This document shows positions 1 through 10,996 of a stretch of 47,063 nucleotides of DNA, one piece after another. The notes beneath the pieces were generated by a model. The model saw only the letters and a program-made list of their open reading frames with translations, ran no database searches and was not told where the DNA came from. Where the stretch lies: NCBI GenBank assembly GCA_947170005.1, contig CAMVRX010000001.1, positions 1-47,063 of the forward strand, written 5' to 3'. Positions within the stretch are counted from its first letter, which is position 1. Every line of letters begins with the position of its first letter. Origin of the DNA: an uncultured Elusimicrobium sp. GTDB lineage: Bacteria; Elusimicrobiota; Elusimicrobia; Elusimicrobiales; Elusimicrobiaceae. The translations under genes and the position numbers were made by a program.

Positions 1-692
1 AGGTATCGTTCTATGTGGTTATATAACATAGGGATGGCAAAGCTGTGTGCCGGATAAAACACTTCAATGCCGTCCAGCCCGGCTTCTACCCAGGCGGGGA
101 AATCCCATTTTTCGGTTACCATGCCCGGGTGAGCAATCACCGCAATACCCCCGGCCTTTTTGATTTGGGAAATGGCTTCAATCGCGCTTACGCCGATAGC
201 GGGCACATAGCCCGGTTGGCCTTCCAACAAATACTGCCGAAACGCCGCTTGGCGCGAATGAGCATAGCCTTTGGCCTTGAGCGCATCGGCTACGTGGGCG
301 CGAGAAACGGTGTTGGGCGCGCGGGAAAAGACGTCCTCTTCGCTTAGTTCCACCCCGGCCGCTTGCAGCTGTTTAATCACTTGCTTGATGCGCCCTTGCC
401 GGGCGGTGCGGTTAGCGGCTAAAAAGGCTTGGAAGGGGGCGTTTGCGGGGTCTATGTTATAGCCGGTAAAGTGCAGGTGGTCGTGATCCCGTGTGCTGAT
501 TTCCACCCCGTACACAAAACGCAGCTTGCGCTCCTCTGCCAAGGCCGCCGCACGGGCGGTGCCGTCCAAGGTGTCGTGGTCGGTAAGCGCCAAGAGCTGT
601 ACGCCCCTTTTTAAGGCAGCGTGAACGACCTCTTCGGGCGAGCCGGTTCCGTCGGAAAAGTAAGAGTGGGTGTGCAGGTCAACAACGGGCAT
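1..692 (-). CDS. PHP-domain metal-dependent phosphoesterase (TrpH/YciV-like); 3' end runs off the window
   Basis: Absent from the ORF track because it has no stop in the window. Manual translation from the ATG at 692 gives MPVVDLHTHSYFSDG...LALTDHDT...GLDGIEVFYPAH, which are the PHP motifs. Confidence 0.85.
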   Translation of the reverse strand, partial: MPVVDLHTHSYFSDGTGSPEEVVHAALKRGVQLLALTDHDTLDGTARAAALAEERKLRFVYGVEISTRDHDHLHFTGYNIDPANAPFQAFLAANRTARQGRIKQVIKQLQAAGVELSEEDVFSRAPNTVSRAHVADALKAKGYAHSRQAAFRQYLLEGQPGYVPAIGVSAIEAISQIKKAGGIAVIAHPGMVTEKWDFPAWVEAGLDGIEVFYPAHSFAIPMLYNHIERY

Positions 693-698
693 ACAGGG

Positions 699-923
699 TT
701 ATACGCGTTCTACCGCGGTAACGCCGGGAACGACTTCTTTGATGCGGCGTTCTACTACGGCTTGCAACGTCATCTGTGCGTGCGGGCAGCTGCCGCAATG
801 GCCGCGCAGCCCGACGGTTACAATGCCGGTTTTCTCGTCCACGCCGATGAGTTGGATGTCCCCGCCGTCGCTTTGCAAAATGGGGCGGATTTCGTTAATT
901 ACTTTTTCTACAGCTTCTTTCAT
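699..923 (-). CDS. NifU/Nfu-type Fe-S cluster carrier domain protein
   Basis: IRPILQSDGGDI...GHCGSCP (CxxC) Nfu signature; SD-like GAGG upstream. Confidence 0.9.
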   Translation of the reverse strand: MKEAVEKVINEIRPILQSDGGDIQLIGVDEKTGIVTVGLRGHCGSCPHAQMTLQAVVERRIKEVVPGVTAVERV

Positions 924-1072
924 ACAAATACCTCTTTGGATTTTTTTATATTATAGCTTTTTTGCTGCCCGTGCGGATAGCGGGCTTTTTTGGAAAAACA
1001 CTTGCAAAACAGCGGGGAGTATTGCTATACTTTGGGTATAGGATTTTCTATTGCATCTAAATGAGGAGAATT

Positions 1073-1540
1073 ATGAAAAAACTGATTGCTTTGTTTGCTC
1101 TGTTCGTACTCGTGGCTGTTCCGGCAGCGGCGCAAAAATATGCCAGCGTCAACGCCAAACGGGCCAACATCCGTGAATGTGCCGGCACAAACTGTGCGAT
1201 TAAATGGTATGCCTGGCGCTATACCCCGGTCATCATGCTGAAAACCAACGAAGAAAAAGACTGGGTACTGGTCAAAGATTTTGAAGGTTACCAGGGGTGG
1301 ATTTCCGCCACGTTGCTCAGCCCCAAGGGGGGAATGTCCGCCAAGACCGATTTGAACGTGCGCGCCAGTGCCTCGGCCAATGCCGATATTGTCTGCACGG
1401 TCGAAAAAGGATATCCCTTTAAATACCTTTCCCGCCATGGGAAATGGATTCAAGTGCAGGATGAACCTGTCAACGCCAAAGACGGCGTGTGCAAGGGGTG
1501 GGTGTATAACGCCAACCTGTGGGGATTCTTTAAGCAATAA
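1073..1540 (+). CDS. Secreted protein with two bacterial SH3-like domains
   Basis: Signal peptide; NIR...W..V.D.EG..GWI and NVR...WIQV...GWV repeats; GAGGAG SD favours the ATG at 1073. Confidence 0.8.
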   Translation: MKKLIALFALFVLVAVPAAAQKYASVNAKRANIRECAGTNCAIKWYAWRYTPVIMLKTNEEKDWVLVKDFEGYQGWISATLLSPKGGMSAKTDLNVRASASANADIVCTVEKGYPFKYLSRHGKWIQVQDEPVNAKDGVCKGWVYNANLWGFFKQ

Positions 1541-1618
1541 TTAACGACCCCGGTGAAGTGGCTTTGTAACGGTAGGGTTTCAAATATTTTACATATTTGA
1601 AACCCTGCTCGTTTCCCG

Positions 1619-1754
1619 GGCAACAATTTGCCATATTTGAGCATCTTTGCACCGACTTGCCACTCGCAGTACCTGTCAGTGCAGCTTCGGGCAACTTACG
1701 GTGCAAAGCTGTCTCAAATCTGACAAATCAGCCTACTAAATATTTTACGCGGTG
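1619..1754. repeat. Dispersed long imperfect palindrome (REP/MITE-like), copy 1
   Basis: Arms atttgagcatctttgcaccg / cggtgcaaagctgtctcaaat; alignable with 23969..24126. Confidence 0.7.
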
Positions 1755-1874
1755 AAGGGACAGACGGCACTTGCCCATCAAACTAGGCTAGATTTTGAAA
1801 AATCATCTTATCTTCTATTTTGCTCGGTGATGTTGCGGACGGCCAAGGCCTAGACACATTGGGTCCAAAGGCCC

Positions 1875-1904
1875 TTGCAATACGTATGTTGTTTAGGGTA
1901 AAAT
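1875..1904 (+). promoter_or_regulatory. Sigma70-type promoter, probably for a leaderless mRNA
   Basis: TTGCAA-N18-TAAAAT, then 6 nt, then the ATG at 1911. Confidence 0.6.
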
Positions 1905-1910
1905 ATAAGT

Positions 1911-2384
1911 ATGAAAAAGATTATTGCCTTATTAATTGCGCTTATTTGCGGCGGGGTGTATTACCATTATAAACACCTGCCGGTGCAAGAGGGGCGTTTT
2001 AATGTGGCCGGCGTGGTAACGGTGCCGCAGCGCCTGTTGGACTTGGCACAAGCCGATAATAATTCGTGTGCGATTATTGTGAAGAACGAGGCCGATGTGC
2101 CGGTGGCCATTAAGCGCGTAGTAAACCCGAAATTCCCGTTGGAATTTACGTTGGGGGAAGAAGATTTGTTAGCCGAAAGTGTGGACGGCGATTTGAAGCT
2201 GGAAGTGCAAATCAACAAGCACGGGCAGCTGGGCATTATTAAAGAAGGCGATGTGTTTGGTAATGTGGAGGGGATGATTTCTGCCCACACCAAAGGCATT
2301 GAAGTAGAGGCCGGAAAGACGCTGGGTAAAGTGCAACTGGCCAAAAACGTCAAAGGCAATTTCTTTCGCACAGCCGCACGGTAA
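1911..2384 (+). CDS. Membrane-anchored protein resembling the CcmI/CycH C-terminal Ig-like domain
   Basis: N-terminal TM; PVAIKR...FPLEFTL..EDL...GDVFG pattern (family recalled from memory). Confidence 0.5.
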   Translation: MKKIIALLIALICGGVYYHYKHLPVQEGRFNVAGVVTVPQRLLDLAQADNNSCAIIVKNEADVPVAIKRVVNPKFPLEFTLGEEDLLAESVDGDLKLEVQINKHGQLGIIKEGDVFGNVEGMISAHTKGIEVEAGKTLGKVQLAKNVKGNFFRTAAR

Positions 2385-2407
2385 AATTTTTGACACCGTA
2401 TCATGAT

Positions 2408-2433
2408 ACTCCCCGCCTTGTAAGGCGGGGAGT
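2408..2433. terminator. Hairpin between convergent genes
   Basis: actccccgcctt-gt-aaggcggggagt. Confidence 0.7.
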
Positions 2434-2458
2434 GCTGTTTGTGTAAGGGCGGAGCTTT

Positions 2459-2971
2459 TTATGCTACATCATCCACGTATTTCCAACCGAAGGGTTCGTA
2501 ATGCTTGCAGATTTTACGGCCCAAGTCTTTGTCTTGGGTTGTGCAGGCTTGATACCAACCACCCACAGGGGAATCGTCATTAAAATCATTGGGGGCAGTG
2601 GTTGCTATAAAAGCGTAAGAACTGTTGTTTGCATACACTTCTATAGATGCTCCATCACGATTAATGAAGGCATTATACTGAAAATGAGGAGTTAAATATT
2701 GGTCCTCCTCCCACTCCCCACCGGAAAGTTCTACGTTGGCAAAGTCTTTATAATAGACCGTGTTACCCGCATCTAGCAATCCATGTTCCAATATGTACAG
2801 TTCCATTTGCCGTTTCATGGTAGAGATGTTGGTCATCACTTCCGTTACGCGGGCTTTTTCCACCGCCACTTGGTACTGTGGCAACGCCACTGCCGCTAAG
2901 ATGCCGATGATTAAAACAACAACTAACAACTCAATGAGCGTGAAACCCCGCCGGGTATTACTTTTTGTCAT
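2459..2971 (-). CDS. Type IV pilin-like (PilE-like) protein 1
   Basis: RRG|[25 protein letters not shown]-methylation motif; C-terminal Cys pair. Confidence 0.93.
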   Translation of the reverse strand: MTKSNTRRGFTLIELLVVVLIIGILAAVALPQYQVAVEKARVTEVMTNISTMKRQMELYILEHGLLDAGNTVYYKDFANVELSGGEWEEDQYLTPHFQYNAFINRDGASIEVYANNSSYAFIATTAPNDFNDDSPVGGWYQACTTQDKDLGRKICKHYEPFGWKYVDDVA

Positions 2972-3027
2972 ACGTTTTCCTCTTTGTGTTTAATTTGCAA
3001 TTTAGTCCGCCTTGGAAAAACGCATGC

Positions 3028-3236
3028 AAAAACGGCTGTCCTCTATGAGCCTTCTCAAGTGTCTCAGCGACAACAGCCGCGGTCTCCCGTTTTTACACGG
3101 GAAACACTCGGTACAACCAGCTGTACGGGCCGGTTGTACCTCATATCGGCTGTCTTTGGACTTGAGAAGGATTTTGGGGTTTCCAAAATACATTCCGTAT
3201 ACTTTCTACACGGTTCCAAAAACAGATCAAATTGTC
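3028..3236 (-). ncRNA. Pilin leader attenuator-like structured RNA, copy E1
   Basis: acaatttgatctgtttttgga ... tccaaagacagccg ... cggctgtt ... gacagccg-ttttt; P1 ccttctcaagt/acttgagaagg; TAGAAT upstream. Confidence 0.75.
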
Positions 3237-3369
3237 TTTTTACGTCACCTTTATTCTACATAATTTCTGCCTAATTTGCACCGTTTTATGGAGTGGATGC
3301 TTTGCCTTTGCATTTGAAATTTCCGCGCGCGCGTTCTAAGAATATAGTAAAATGATAATAAGGATTTTT

Positions 3370-4077
3370 ATGAAACGCGGCTTATTTTTATTGGCAACCG
3401 TTACGCTTTCCTCGGCCCTGTACGGGCAAAGTATCCTCACGCGCGAACAGGCACGCGAGGTGTTTGCCGCGTATAACCCGGCACTTTTGGAAGCGGCCGC
3501 TCAAAACGAGCCGTTAAATCAGTTGCTGGAGCAGCTGCTTAGTACATATACCGGGCAAAACTTGCCCGATACGTTGGAAAACCGCTATACGCTTATTGCG
3601 CTGGCGCGTAATTTTGAAAATTCGTTAGCGCTTAACGCCGCGTTGGAGCAATATCAGCAAGCCCTTCTTTATTCGCAAGTGGGGGGGAACGTGCAAGAGG
3701 CCGCGTACGCGCATGCCCGAAGAGCAGTGGACGGGGTGTATCCGCGGATTTGGGCGGTCAGCGTGCAAGTAAAAGAAGATTTACTCAAACAATACAAAAC
3801 CCGCCGCCGGGCACTGCAAGCGGATGAAAATTTATCCGCACAAGATAAGAAAGCCCGGTTGGAAGAAGTAGATTTATCTATCCAAGCGCTGCAAGCGGAT
3901 TTAAAGCAATTAAATACCAATGTAGGGCCGCAACTGGTGCAACTGAGAAATGAGACCCTGGCGGAAGCACAAGAGCGGGTGCAGCAAGCGGTTTTGCAGC
4001 TGCGCAGCGCGCAAGAGGTGAAACAAACCGCCAATTTACAAGTGAAAACCAAACATAAAAAACCCGTGGCCGGGTAA
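3370..4077 (+). CDS. Hypothetical secreted helical/coiled-coil protein
   Basis: Long ORF; signal peptide from MKRGLF; AGGA upstream. Confidence 0.75.
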   Translation: MKRGLFLLATVTLSSALYGQSILTREQAREVFAAYNPALLEAAAQNEPLNQLLEQLLSTYTGQNLPDTLENRYTLIALARNFENSLALNAALEQYQQALLYSQVGGNVQEAAYAHARRAVDGVYPRIWAVSVQVKEDLLKQYKTRRRALQADENLSAQDKKARLEEVDLSIQALQADLKQLNTNVGPQLVQLRNETLAEAQERVQQAVLQLRSAQEVKQTANLQVKTKHKKPVAG

Positions 4078-4122
4078 GCGGTTTTTGGTTGTTTTACCCA
4101 TTTTACTTGAAAGGATTTTGAT

Positions 4123-6720
4123 ATGATACAAACTGTAATTAACAAAATTTTTGGAACGAAAAGCGAACGCGACTTAAAGAAAATTCAACACTATGTAGAC
4201 AAGGCTAACGCCTTGGCCCCGCAGATGGAAGCCTTAACCGACGACCAGCTCAAAGCCAAAACACAAGAGTTTAAAGACCGTTTGGCACAAGGCGAAACGC
4301 TGGATGATATTTTGCCGGAAGCCTTTGCCGTGGTGCGCGAGGCAGCTAAGCGTGTGATCGGTTTGCGGCCGTATGATGTGCAGCTTTTAGGCGGCATTGT
4401 GCTCCACCAGGGCAAAATTGCCGAGATGCGCACCGGGGAAGGGAAAACACTGGTAGCGGTGCTGCCTTCGTACCTAAACGCATTGACCGGCAAAGGGGTA
4501 CACGTAGTCACCGTGAACGATTACCTGGCCAAGCGTGACCGCCAGTGGATGGGCCCTATTCACGAATTTTTGGGTTTAACAGTGGGGTTTATCGGGCACG
4601 ATATGGAAAATACCGAGCGGCGTGAAATGTACCAAAAAGATATCACCTACGTAACCAATAACGAACTGGGGTTTGATTACCTGCGTGACAATATGGTGAT
4701 TAACCGCCAAGACCGCGTACTGCGGCCGCTTAATTACTGCATTGTGGACGAAGTAGACTCTATTTTGATTGACGAGGCCCGCACGCCGCTGATTATTTCC
4801 GGCCCGTCGGACCAAAGCACCGATAAATACTATATTGTCAACCGCTTAATCCCGTCTTTAAAAGTGCGCCTAATTACCGAGAAAGACGAAGTAAAAGCCA
4901 AGTATGAAGGCATTAACTTGGACGAAGGGGTGGACGCGATTATTGACGAAAAAGCCCACACCGCTACCCTAACGGACACCGGGATTGCCAAGGCGGAAAA
5001 GTTCTTGAATGTAACGAATTTGTATGATGATGTGCAATCGGAGTGGGTACACCACATTAACCAGGCCTTGCGCGCCCACCACCTCTACGAGCGCGATGTG
5101 GATTATGTGGTCAAAGACGGCGAGGTAGTGATTGTGGACGAATTTACCGGCCGCTTAATGCCCGGGCGCCGTTGGAGTGACGGCTTGCACCAGGCCGTGG
5201 AAGCGAAGGAAGGACTAGCGATTAAAGAAGAAAACCAGACGTTGGCAACCATCACGTTCCAAAACTTCTTCAAGCTGTATAACAAGCTTTCCGGCATGAC
5301 GGGGACGGCCATGACCGAGGCCAACGAGTTTTGGCAGATTTACAAACTGGATGTGGTGGAAATCCGTCCCAACCGGCCTTCCAAACGTATCGATCATCCG
5401 GATTTGGTGTACTTGACCGAGCGTGCCAAATTTAATGCCATTGTGCAAGAAGTGGAAGATTTATGGAAAAAAGGAGCCCCCGTACTGGTAGGTACGCGCA
5501 GTATTGAAAAATCCGAAAAACTCAGCCAAATGCTGCGCCAAAAAGGGATCCCGCACAAAGTATTAAATGCCAAATATCACGAGATGGAAGCCCAAATTAT
5601 CAGCCAAGCCGGGCGCAAAGGGGCGGTAACGATTGCCACCAACATGGCCGGGCGCGGAACGGATATTGTGCTGGGCGGCAACCCTGCCACGCAAGAAGAA
5701 CAAGATAGCGTAGTGGCGCTGGGCGGGCTGCATGTGATTGGCAGCGAACGGCACGAAAGCCGCCGTATTGATAACCAGCTGCGCGGTCGGTGCGCGCGCC
5801 AGGGGGACCCGGGGTCTTCGCGCTTTTACATTGCGCTGGATGACGAACTGATGCGCTTGTTTGCCAACTCGCAGAAAATAGCATCTATTTTGTCGCACGT
5901 GGGGATGCAAGAGGGGGAGGCGATTGAGTCGTTTATGCTGACCCGCCAAATTGAAGGAGCGCAGCGCATGGTGGAAGGGCGCAACTTTGATATCCGCAAA
6001 CAGCTCTTGGATTACGATAAAGTAATGAACCAGCAGCGCACGGCTATTTACGGCTTGCGTAACGCCATTTTGGATGGGGAAGATATGACGGAAAAATCCC
6101 ACCAGATGATGGAAGAAATCGTAGCGGAACTGGTGGAACAGTATTATCATCCTCAGCATCCGCAGCAAAGCGATTTTGGGGCCCTTAATGCCAATTTGCA
6201 CCGGTTTTTCCCGCTGCCTTTTGAACTGACCCCCCAAAGCGTGGGCAAGAAAACACACGAGCAATTAATTGCCCAAATTATGGATTCGGTCAAAGAGCTT
6301 TATGCGCAGCGTACGGCTTATTTTGCCGAGCAGGGCATCAATTTTGGGGAAATAGAACGGATGCTTTTGTTGCAAATTATTGACAGCGCCTGGAAACAAA
6401 ACCTCTATGAGCTGGACCAACTGCAAAACAGCGTCAGCTTGCGCGGTTATGCCCAAAAAGACCCGCTGATTGAGTACCAAAAAGAATCCTATAAGCTGTA
6501 CGAATCGATGATGAACCGCATCCGCGATTTGATGGTAAGTTATATCTTCCGCTTGCAATTGCCGCCGCGGCAAACGGCCGCCCAGCGTGCACAAGCGGCG
6601 GCTGCTAAAAACCCGCAAGCAGGCGAGCAAGCCCCGGTGCAAAAACGCATCGGCCGTAACGACCCGTGCCCTTGCGGAAGTGGGAAAAAATATAAGAAAT
6701 GTTGTGGAGCCAACCAATGA
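4123..6720 (+). CDS. secA: Preprotein translocase ATPase SecA
   Basis: MRTGEGKT, DEVDSILIDEARTPLIISG, SEC-C motif GRNDPCPCGSGKKYKKCC. Confidence 0.99.
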   Translation: MIQTVINKIFGTKSERDLKKIQHYVDKANALAPQMEALTDDQLKAKTQEFKDRLAQGETLDDILPEAFAVVREAAKRVIGLRPYDVQLLGGIVLHQGKIAEMRTGEGKTLVAVLPSYLNALTGKGVHVVTVNDYLAKRDRQWMGPIHEFLGLTVGFIGHDMENTERREMYQKDITYVTNNELGFDYLRDNMVINRQDRVLRPLNYCIVDEVDSILIDEARTPLIISGPSDQSTDKYYIVNRLIPSLKVRLITEKDEVKAKYEGINLDEGVDAIIDEKAHTATLTDTGIAKAEKFLNVTNLYDDVQSEWVHHINQALRAHHLYERDVDYVVKDGEVVIVDEFTGRLMPGRRWSDGLHQAVEAKEGLAIKEENQTLATITFQNFFKLYNKLSGMTGTAMTEANEFWQIYKLDVVEIRPNRPSKRIDHPDLVYLTERAKFNAIVQEVEDLWKKGAPVLVGTRSIEKSEKLSQMLRQKGIPHKVLNAKYHEMEAQIISQAGRKGAVTIATNMAGRGTDIVLGGNPATQEEQDSVVALGGLHVIGSERHESRRIDNQLRGRCARQGDPGSSRFYIALDDELMRLFANSQKIASILSHVGMQEGEAIESFMLTRQIEGAQRMVEGRNFDIRKQLLDYDKVMNQQRTAIYGLRNAILDGEDMTEKSHQMMEEIVAELVEQYYHPQHPQQSDFGALNANLHRFFPLPFELTPQSVGKKTHEQLIAQIMDSVKELYAQRTAYFAEQGINFGEIERMLLLQIIDSAWKQNLYELDQLQNSVSLRGYAQKDPLIEYQKESYKLYESMMNRIRDLMVSYIFRLQLPPRQTAAQRAQAAAAKNPQAGEQAPVQKRIGRNDPCPCGSGKKYKKCCGANQ

Positions 6721-7148
6721 AAAAAATGATCAAAAATATGATGCTGTTAGTTTTTACGGTGGGGGTGGTGTTTTTAATTGCCTTGTTTTTAAAGAACGAC
6801 TCTCCCATCCCGGTCAATTTGGTAAAAATAGATGCCAAAGAATTGGCCGCTAAAAAGGAGGCCGCTGCCCAAGAAGCTAAAAAAGAACATCGCAGACAGC
6901 AAGCCCAACGGGTCACTTCGTGCAAAACCGATGCGGATTGTATTATTGTGGATAAAGACCCGTGCGGTTGTTTTATCGGCCCCAAAGGCGTAACGGCCAT
7001 TAACGCCAATTATGTGGTGGATTTTAATGCCATTAACAACCAACAATCGGTTATGAAAGCTTGCCCGGAAAAACCGTCTACTGTGAAAGAATGTAGCCCC
7101 TCGGCTCGTCCGGTTTGTAAGGCGCGCAAGTGTAAAATTGCTTATTAA
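6717..7148 (+). CDS. Hypothetical membrane-anchored Cys-rich protein
   Basis: N-terminal TM, eight Cys in the C-terminal domain; overlaps the secA stop (ATGA). Confidence 0.75.
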   Translation: MKKMIKNMMLLVFTVGVVFLIALFLKNDSPIPVNLVKIDAKELAAKKEAAAQEAKKEHRRQQAQRVTSCKTDADCIIVDKDPCGCFIGPKGVTAINANYVVDFNAINNQQSVMKACPEKPSTVKECSPSARPVCKARKCKIAY

Positions 7149-7150
7149 GT

Positions 7151-8773
7151 ATGTCCCGTAAGCCCCGCTGTGCTGCTGCGGCAGTATCCGCTACTCCGGT
7201 TCCCAGCCGTTTTCAAACCGTGCTGGAACGTGTGGACCGCTATCTGTTTTTAGCGGTATGCGTGTGCGGCACAGCGGGGCTGTTTTTTATCAGTTATCCA
7301 AAAGTTTCTTTTTCCTTTGCGGCGTGGTTGGTATGGGCTCCGTTTGTGTGGGGGATCAGCCGGCTGCGCAGCCCGTGGGGGGCACTGGGGTATGGCTGGG
7401 TAACGGGCCTTGTGACCCAGGCCGCCCTGTTGGGATGGATTTATGATACGTGTTTGTATGGGGGCGGTCTTTCCCGGGCGCTATCCGCGGCGGCTTGGCT
7501 GGGGCTGAGTGGCCTCATGGCGGTGCCGTTTGCCGTATTTGCCGCAGCGTGTTATTTTTTGCGCAAAACGGGGGGCTTTTTCCCGCTTTTGGCCGCTTGC
7601 GGTTGGGTGGCACTGGAATGGTTGCACCAAGTAATTGCGTTTTATGGCTTGGGGTTCCCGTGGGTGGTGTTGGGGTATACCCAGTGGAATGTGCCGCAAG
7701 TGCTTTACCTGGCTTCATTTACCGGGGTATATGGGATTAGTTTTGTGTTGACTTGGGTAGGCGCTTGTATAGGGGATTTTTTTGCTGAACCGAACCTCAA
7801 AAAAGGGCTGGGCCCATTAGCGGTGGCGGTTCTTATTTTTGCTGCGGTGTATGGAACCGGGGCATACTGGCAACATACGGGGAAAACGCAGCGTTCCCAA
7901 GCTTCTTTGCAGCTGCAAGCGGCTATTTTACAACCCAACATTGACCAGTACAAAAAATGGACCCCGCAGTATGAGGACGAAATTGCACTTACGTTGGAAG
8001 GGCTGGGAAAATTACTGGCACAAGAAAATATTTATTTAGCCGTATGGCCCGAAAGTACCGTGCCGGGCAATTTAACCGATCCGCGCTATACCCGGCTATT
8101 TACTCAAATTGCCCAACAAAGCGGGGCTTACCAGGTAATTGGTTCGAATATTGAAGGAGAAGAGGGCGAGCAGTATGTAGGGGCGTATTTGATGCCGCCC
8201 ACCGGGGACCATTTGTCCGCTTACCGCAAAATGAAATTGGTGCCGTTTGGCGAGTTTATTCCCTTTGAAAAAATCGTCAAATACATAGTTAAAGATGTAG
8301 AGGTCATGGGGGCTTTGGGCGCTTTTATGCCGGGGCCCGTGCAACAGCCGCTGTTGGATGCGGGCGGGGTAAAACTAGGCAGCACGGTGTGTTATGAGTC
8401 TATTTTCCCGCAGTTGTGGCGCGCCCAGGCCCAAAACGGTGCCCAGCTGTTTGTAAACATTACTAATGATGCGTGGTTTTTGGATACGGCGGCCCCGTAT
8501 CAGCATTTGGCCGTGAATGTGTTGCGGGCGGCTGAAAACGGCCGGCCCGTATTGCGGGCAGCCAATACGGGGATTTCCGCTTATGTGGATGCGTTTGGCC
8601 ATATCCGCCAGCAAACGCCGTTGTTTAAGACTAAAATTTTAACGGCTACGGTGCCTCTTTCTGTGCGGGAAGGCAATACCTTTTACACCCGGTGGGGCGA
8701 TTGGTTTGCGTGGATTTGTGCCGTGTTATTTTTTACCATAGGGATTTCTACGGTGGTGTTTTTCTATGAATAA
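7151..8773 (+). CDS. lnt: Apolipoprotein N-acyltransferase
   Basis: [40 protein letters not shown]. Confidence 0.97.
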   Translation: MSRKPRCAAAAVSATPVPSRFQTVLERVDRYLFLAVCVCGTAGLFFISYPKVSFSFAAWLVWAPFVWGISRLRSPWGALGYGWVTGLVTQAALLGWIYDTCLYGGGLSRALSAAAWLGLSGLMAVPFAVFAAACYFLRKTGGFFPLLAACGWVALEWLHQVIAFYGLGFPWVVLGYTQWNVPQVLYLASFTGVYGISFVLTWVGACIGDFFAEPNLKKGLGPLAVAVLIFAAVYGTGAYWQHTGKTQRSQASLQLQAAILQPNIDQYKKWTPQYEDEIALTLEGLGKLLAQENIYLAVWPESTVPGNLTDPRYTRLFTQIAQQSGAYQVIGSNIEGEEGEQYVGAYLMPPTGDHLSAYRKMKLVPFGEFIPFEKIVKYIVKDVEVMGALGAFMPGPVQQPLLDAGGVKLGSTVCYESIFPQLWRAQAQNGAQLFVNITNDAWFLDTAAPYQHLAVNVLRAAENGRPVLRAANTGISAYVDAFGHIRQQTPLFKTKILTATVPLSVREGNTFYTRWGDWFAWICAVLFFTIGISTVVFFYE

Positions 8774-9887
8774 TGTGGAATTTAAAGATGTGGAACAAAA
8801 AATAGAAGAATTGGCAGCGCGCGTGGCCAAAATAGAAGCTATTGACCGGGTGGCCGGCAAACAGCGCGAACTGGCTGTGCTGCAGCAGCGCTCCGCCGCG
8901 CCGGAATTTTGGAATGACCCGCAACAAGCAAAAGAAATTTCCCGCCAAATTGACGAATTAAAAACCGCGGTAGATACTTTTTTTGAATTAAAAAAACGGA
9001 TGGAAGATGCCGGGGCACTTTTTGAACTGTGCAAAGAAATGCAAGACCAGGCCGAGCTCCAAGCCCTGTTTGAAAGTTTAGTCCAAACGGAAAAACAAGT
9101 GGCGCAAAAAGAGGCTGCCATCCGCCTGAGCGAGCCTAACGATAAGCTCAATGCCATTTTAACTATTCATGCCGGGGCCGGGGGGACGGAGTCGTGTGAT
9201 TGGGCGCAGATGCTGGTGCGTATGTATACGCGCTGGGCCGAGCAGCACGGGTTTAAGTTTTCTATTTTGGACTCCCAACCCGGTGATGAGGCCGGGATTA
9301 AAACGTTGTCGGCCATGGTGGAAGGACCCTTTGCCTACGGGTATTTAAAGGGTGAAAACGGGGTGCACCGGCTGGTGCGTGTATCGCCTTTTGATGCCAA
9401 TGCGCGGCGGCATACGTCGTTTGCATCGTGCGATGTGCTGCCGGATATTGATGAAGATATTAATATTGAAATCCCGGAAAGTGATATTGAGCTGGAAACT
9501 TCCCGCGCCGGCGGCCACGGCGGGCAAAACGTAAACAAAGTGGAAAGTGCCGTGCGTTTGTTGCACAAGCCGACCGGGATTGTGGTATCGTGCCGCATTG
9601 AGCGCAGCCAGCTGCAAAACCGTCAAACCGCGATGAAAATGCTAAAGGCCAAACTCTACGAAATGGAGTTGGATAAAAAACGCGGCGAAGCCGAAAAACG
9701 CTACGGCCAAAAAGGGGAAATTGCCTGGGGGCACCAAATCCGTTCGTACGTGTTTATGCCGTACCAACTGGTGAAAGATTTGCGCAGCGGGCACGAAACC
9801 AGCCAAATTAACGCCGTGATGGACGGAGATTTGGACCCGTTTATTTTGGCGTATTTGAACTACCAGGCCCAACGTAAACAAGCATGA
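8766..9887 (+). CDS. prfB: Peptide chain release factor 2 (continuous ORF)
   Basis: SPF motif (VSPFD), [19 protein letters not shown]. Confidence 0.97.
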   Translation: MNNVEFKDVEQKIEELAARVAKIEAIDRVAGKQRELAVLQQRSAAPEFWNDPQQAKEISRQIDELKTAVDTFFELKKRMEDAGALFELCKEMQDQAELQALFESLVQTEKQVAQKEAAIRLSEPNDKLNAILTIHAGAGGTESCDWAQMLVRMYTRWAEQHGFKFSILDSQPGDEAGIKTLSAMVEGPFAYGYLKGENGVHRLVRVSPFDANARRHTSFASCDVLPDIDEDINIEIPESDIELETSRAGGHGGQNVNKVESAVRLLHKPTGIVVSCRIERSQLQNRQTAMKMLKAKLYEMELDKKRGEAEKRYGQKGEIAWGHQIRSYVFMPYQLVKDLRSGHETSQINAVMDGDLDPFILAYLNYQAQRKQA

Positions 9888-10996
9888 AACGCGGGTTATA
9901 CATACACATTCCCTTCTGCAAACAAAAGTGCAATTATTGTGACTTTGCTTCCTACGCCGGGCAAGAAAGCCAACTGGATGCCTATTTGGGGGCGCTGGCG
10001 CACGAGGCCGTTTTATATAAAGAAATTGGCTGCCGCACCTTATATGTGGGCGGAGGTACGCCCAGCTTGCTGGCCGAACACCAACTGCGCCGTTTAGCTA
10101 AAATTATCCGCAAAAATTTTAAAGAAATTGCTCAATTTGATGAAAGCACCTTGGAAGCCAACCCCGAAAGTTTAACGCCTGCCAAAATTCAAACCCTGCG
10201 TGAGTTGGGGTTTAACCGCTTGAGCATAGGGCTGCAAAGTTTTAATGACAGCGAGCTAAAAACCTTGGGCCGGGTGCATAACGCGGCGCAGTTTACAGCG
10301 GCGTATCAAGCTGCGCGGGAAGGCGGTTTTACGAACATCAACGTGGATTTAATAGCCGGGCTGCCGGGGCAAAGTTTAGAGAGCTTTTTGGGTAGTTTGC
10401 GGCACTTGGTGGCACTTCGGCCGGAGCATATTTCGGTTTATGGGCTTCAAATCGAAGAAGGAACGCCGTTTTTTAAGCAAGGGGTGGTGTGTGACGACGC
10501 TTTGATGCGCCGTATGTTGGAAGAAACAAGAGCCTGTTTAACACAGGCGGGGTATCACCATTATGAAATTTCCAATTTTGCGCTGCCGGGATATGAGGCC
10601 CAACATAATACCAACTATTGGCAAAATGGGGAATATTTGGGGCTGGGTTGTGCGGCGGCTTCGTATCGCTGCGGCGTGCGGCGGCAAAATACGGCAAATG
10701 TAGAGGACTATATTTTTGACATGGAAAACGGGAAAACGCCCATTGTGTTTTCCGAGCGGCTTACCGGGCCGGCACAGGAGGGGGAAAGCTTGCTCTTGGC
10801 GCTTCGGCAGCTGGACGGCGTAGAGCCTACCGCCGGACAAATGCAACTTTTTGGCCCCGCGATTGAAAAGCATATTCAAAACGGGCTTCTCACCCGCGTG
10901 GATAAAAAGATAAAATTAAGCGAAGAGGGGCTTTATTTGGCCAGTGAAGTGATGCGCAGTTTTGTGGCCCCGTTTGATGAGGAAGCATGCAAGTAA
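9884..10996 (+). CDS. hemW: Radical SAM heme chaperone HemW (HemN-like)
   Basis: [28 protein letters not shown]. Confidence 0.9.
   Translation: MKRGLYIHIPFCKQKCNYCDFASYAGQESQLDAYLGALAHEAVLYKEIGCRTLYVGGGTPSLLAEHQLRRLAKIIRKNFKEIAQFDESTLEANPESLTPAKIQTLRELGFNRLSIGLQSFNDSELKTLGRVHNAAQFTAAYQAAREGGFTNINVDLIAGLPGQSLESFLGSLRHLVALRPEHISVYGLQIEEGTPFFKQGVVCDDALMRRMLEETRACLTQAGYHHYEISNFALPGYEAQHNTNYWQNGEYLGLGCAAASYRCGVRRQNTANVEDYIFDMENGKTPIVFSERLTGPAQEGESLLLALRQLDGVEPTAGQMQLFGPAIEKHIQNGLLTRVDKKIKLSEEGLYLASEVMRSFVAPFDEEACK

Noticed and set aside
45-1041. Plus-strand ORFs at 45-1041
   Set aside because: Shadows of the minus-strand PHP and NifU genes
3028-3236. Known c-di-GMP, c-di-AMP or T-box riboswitch as the identity of the pilin leader
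   Set aside because: I could not find their consensus motifs by eye; an Rfam scan is still needed
2984-3274. Short ORFs over pilin leaders, and N-terminal extensions (starts at 12899, 30384, 38658)
   Set aside because: Not conserved between copies; SD positions support the downstream starts
5563-6717. Long antisense ORFs within secA, and similarly within ptsI, smc and pheT
   Set aside because: They overlap well-supported genes and have no recognisable motifs
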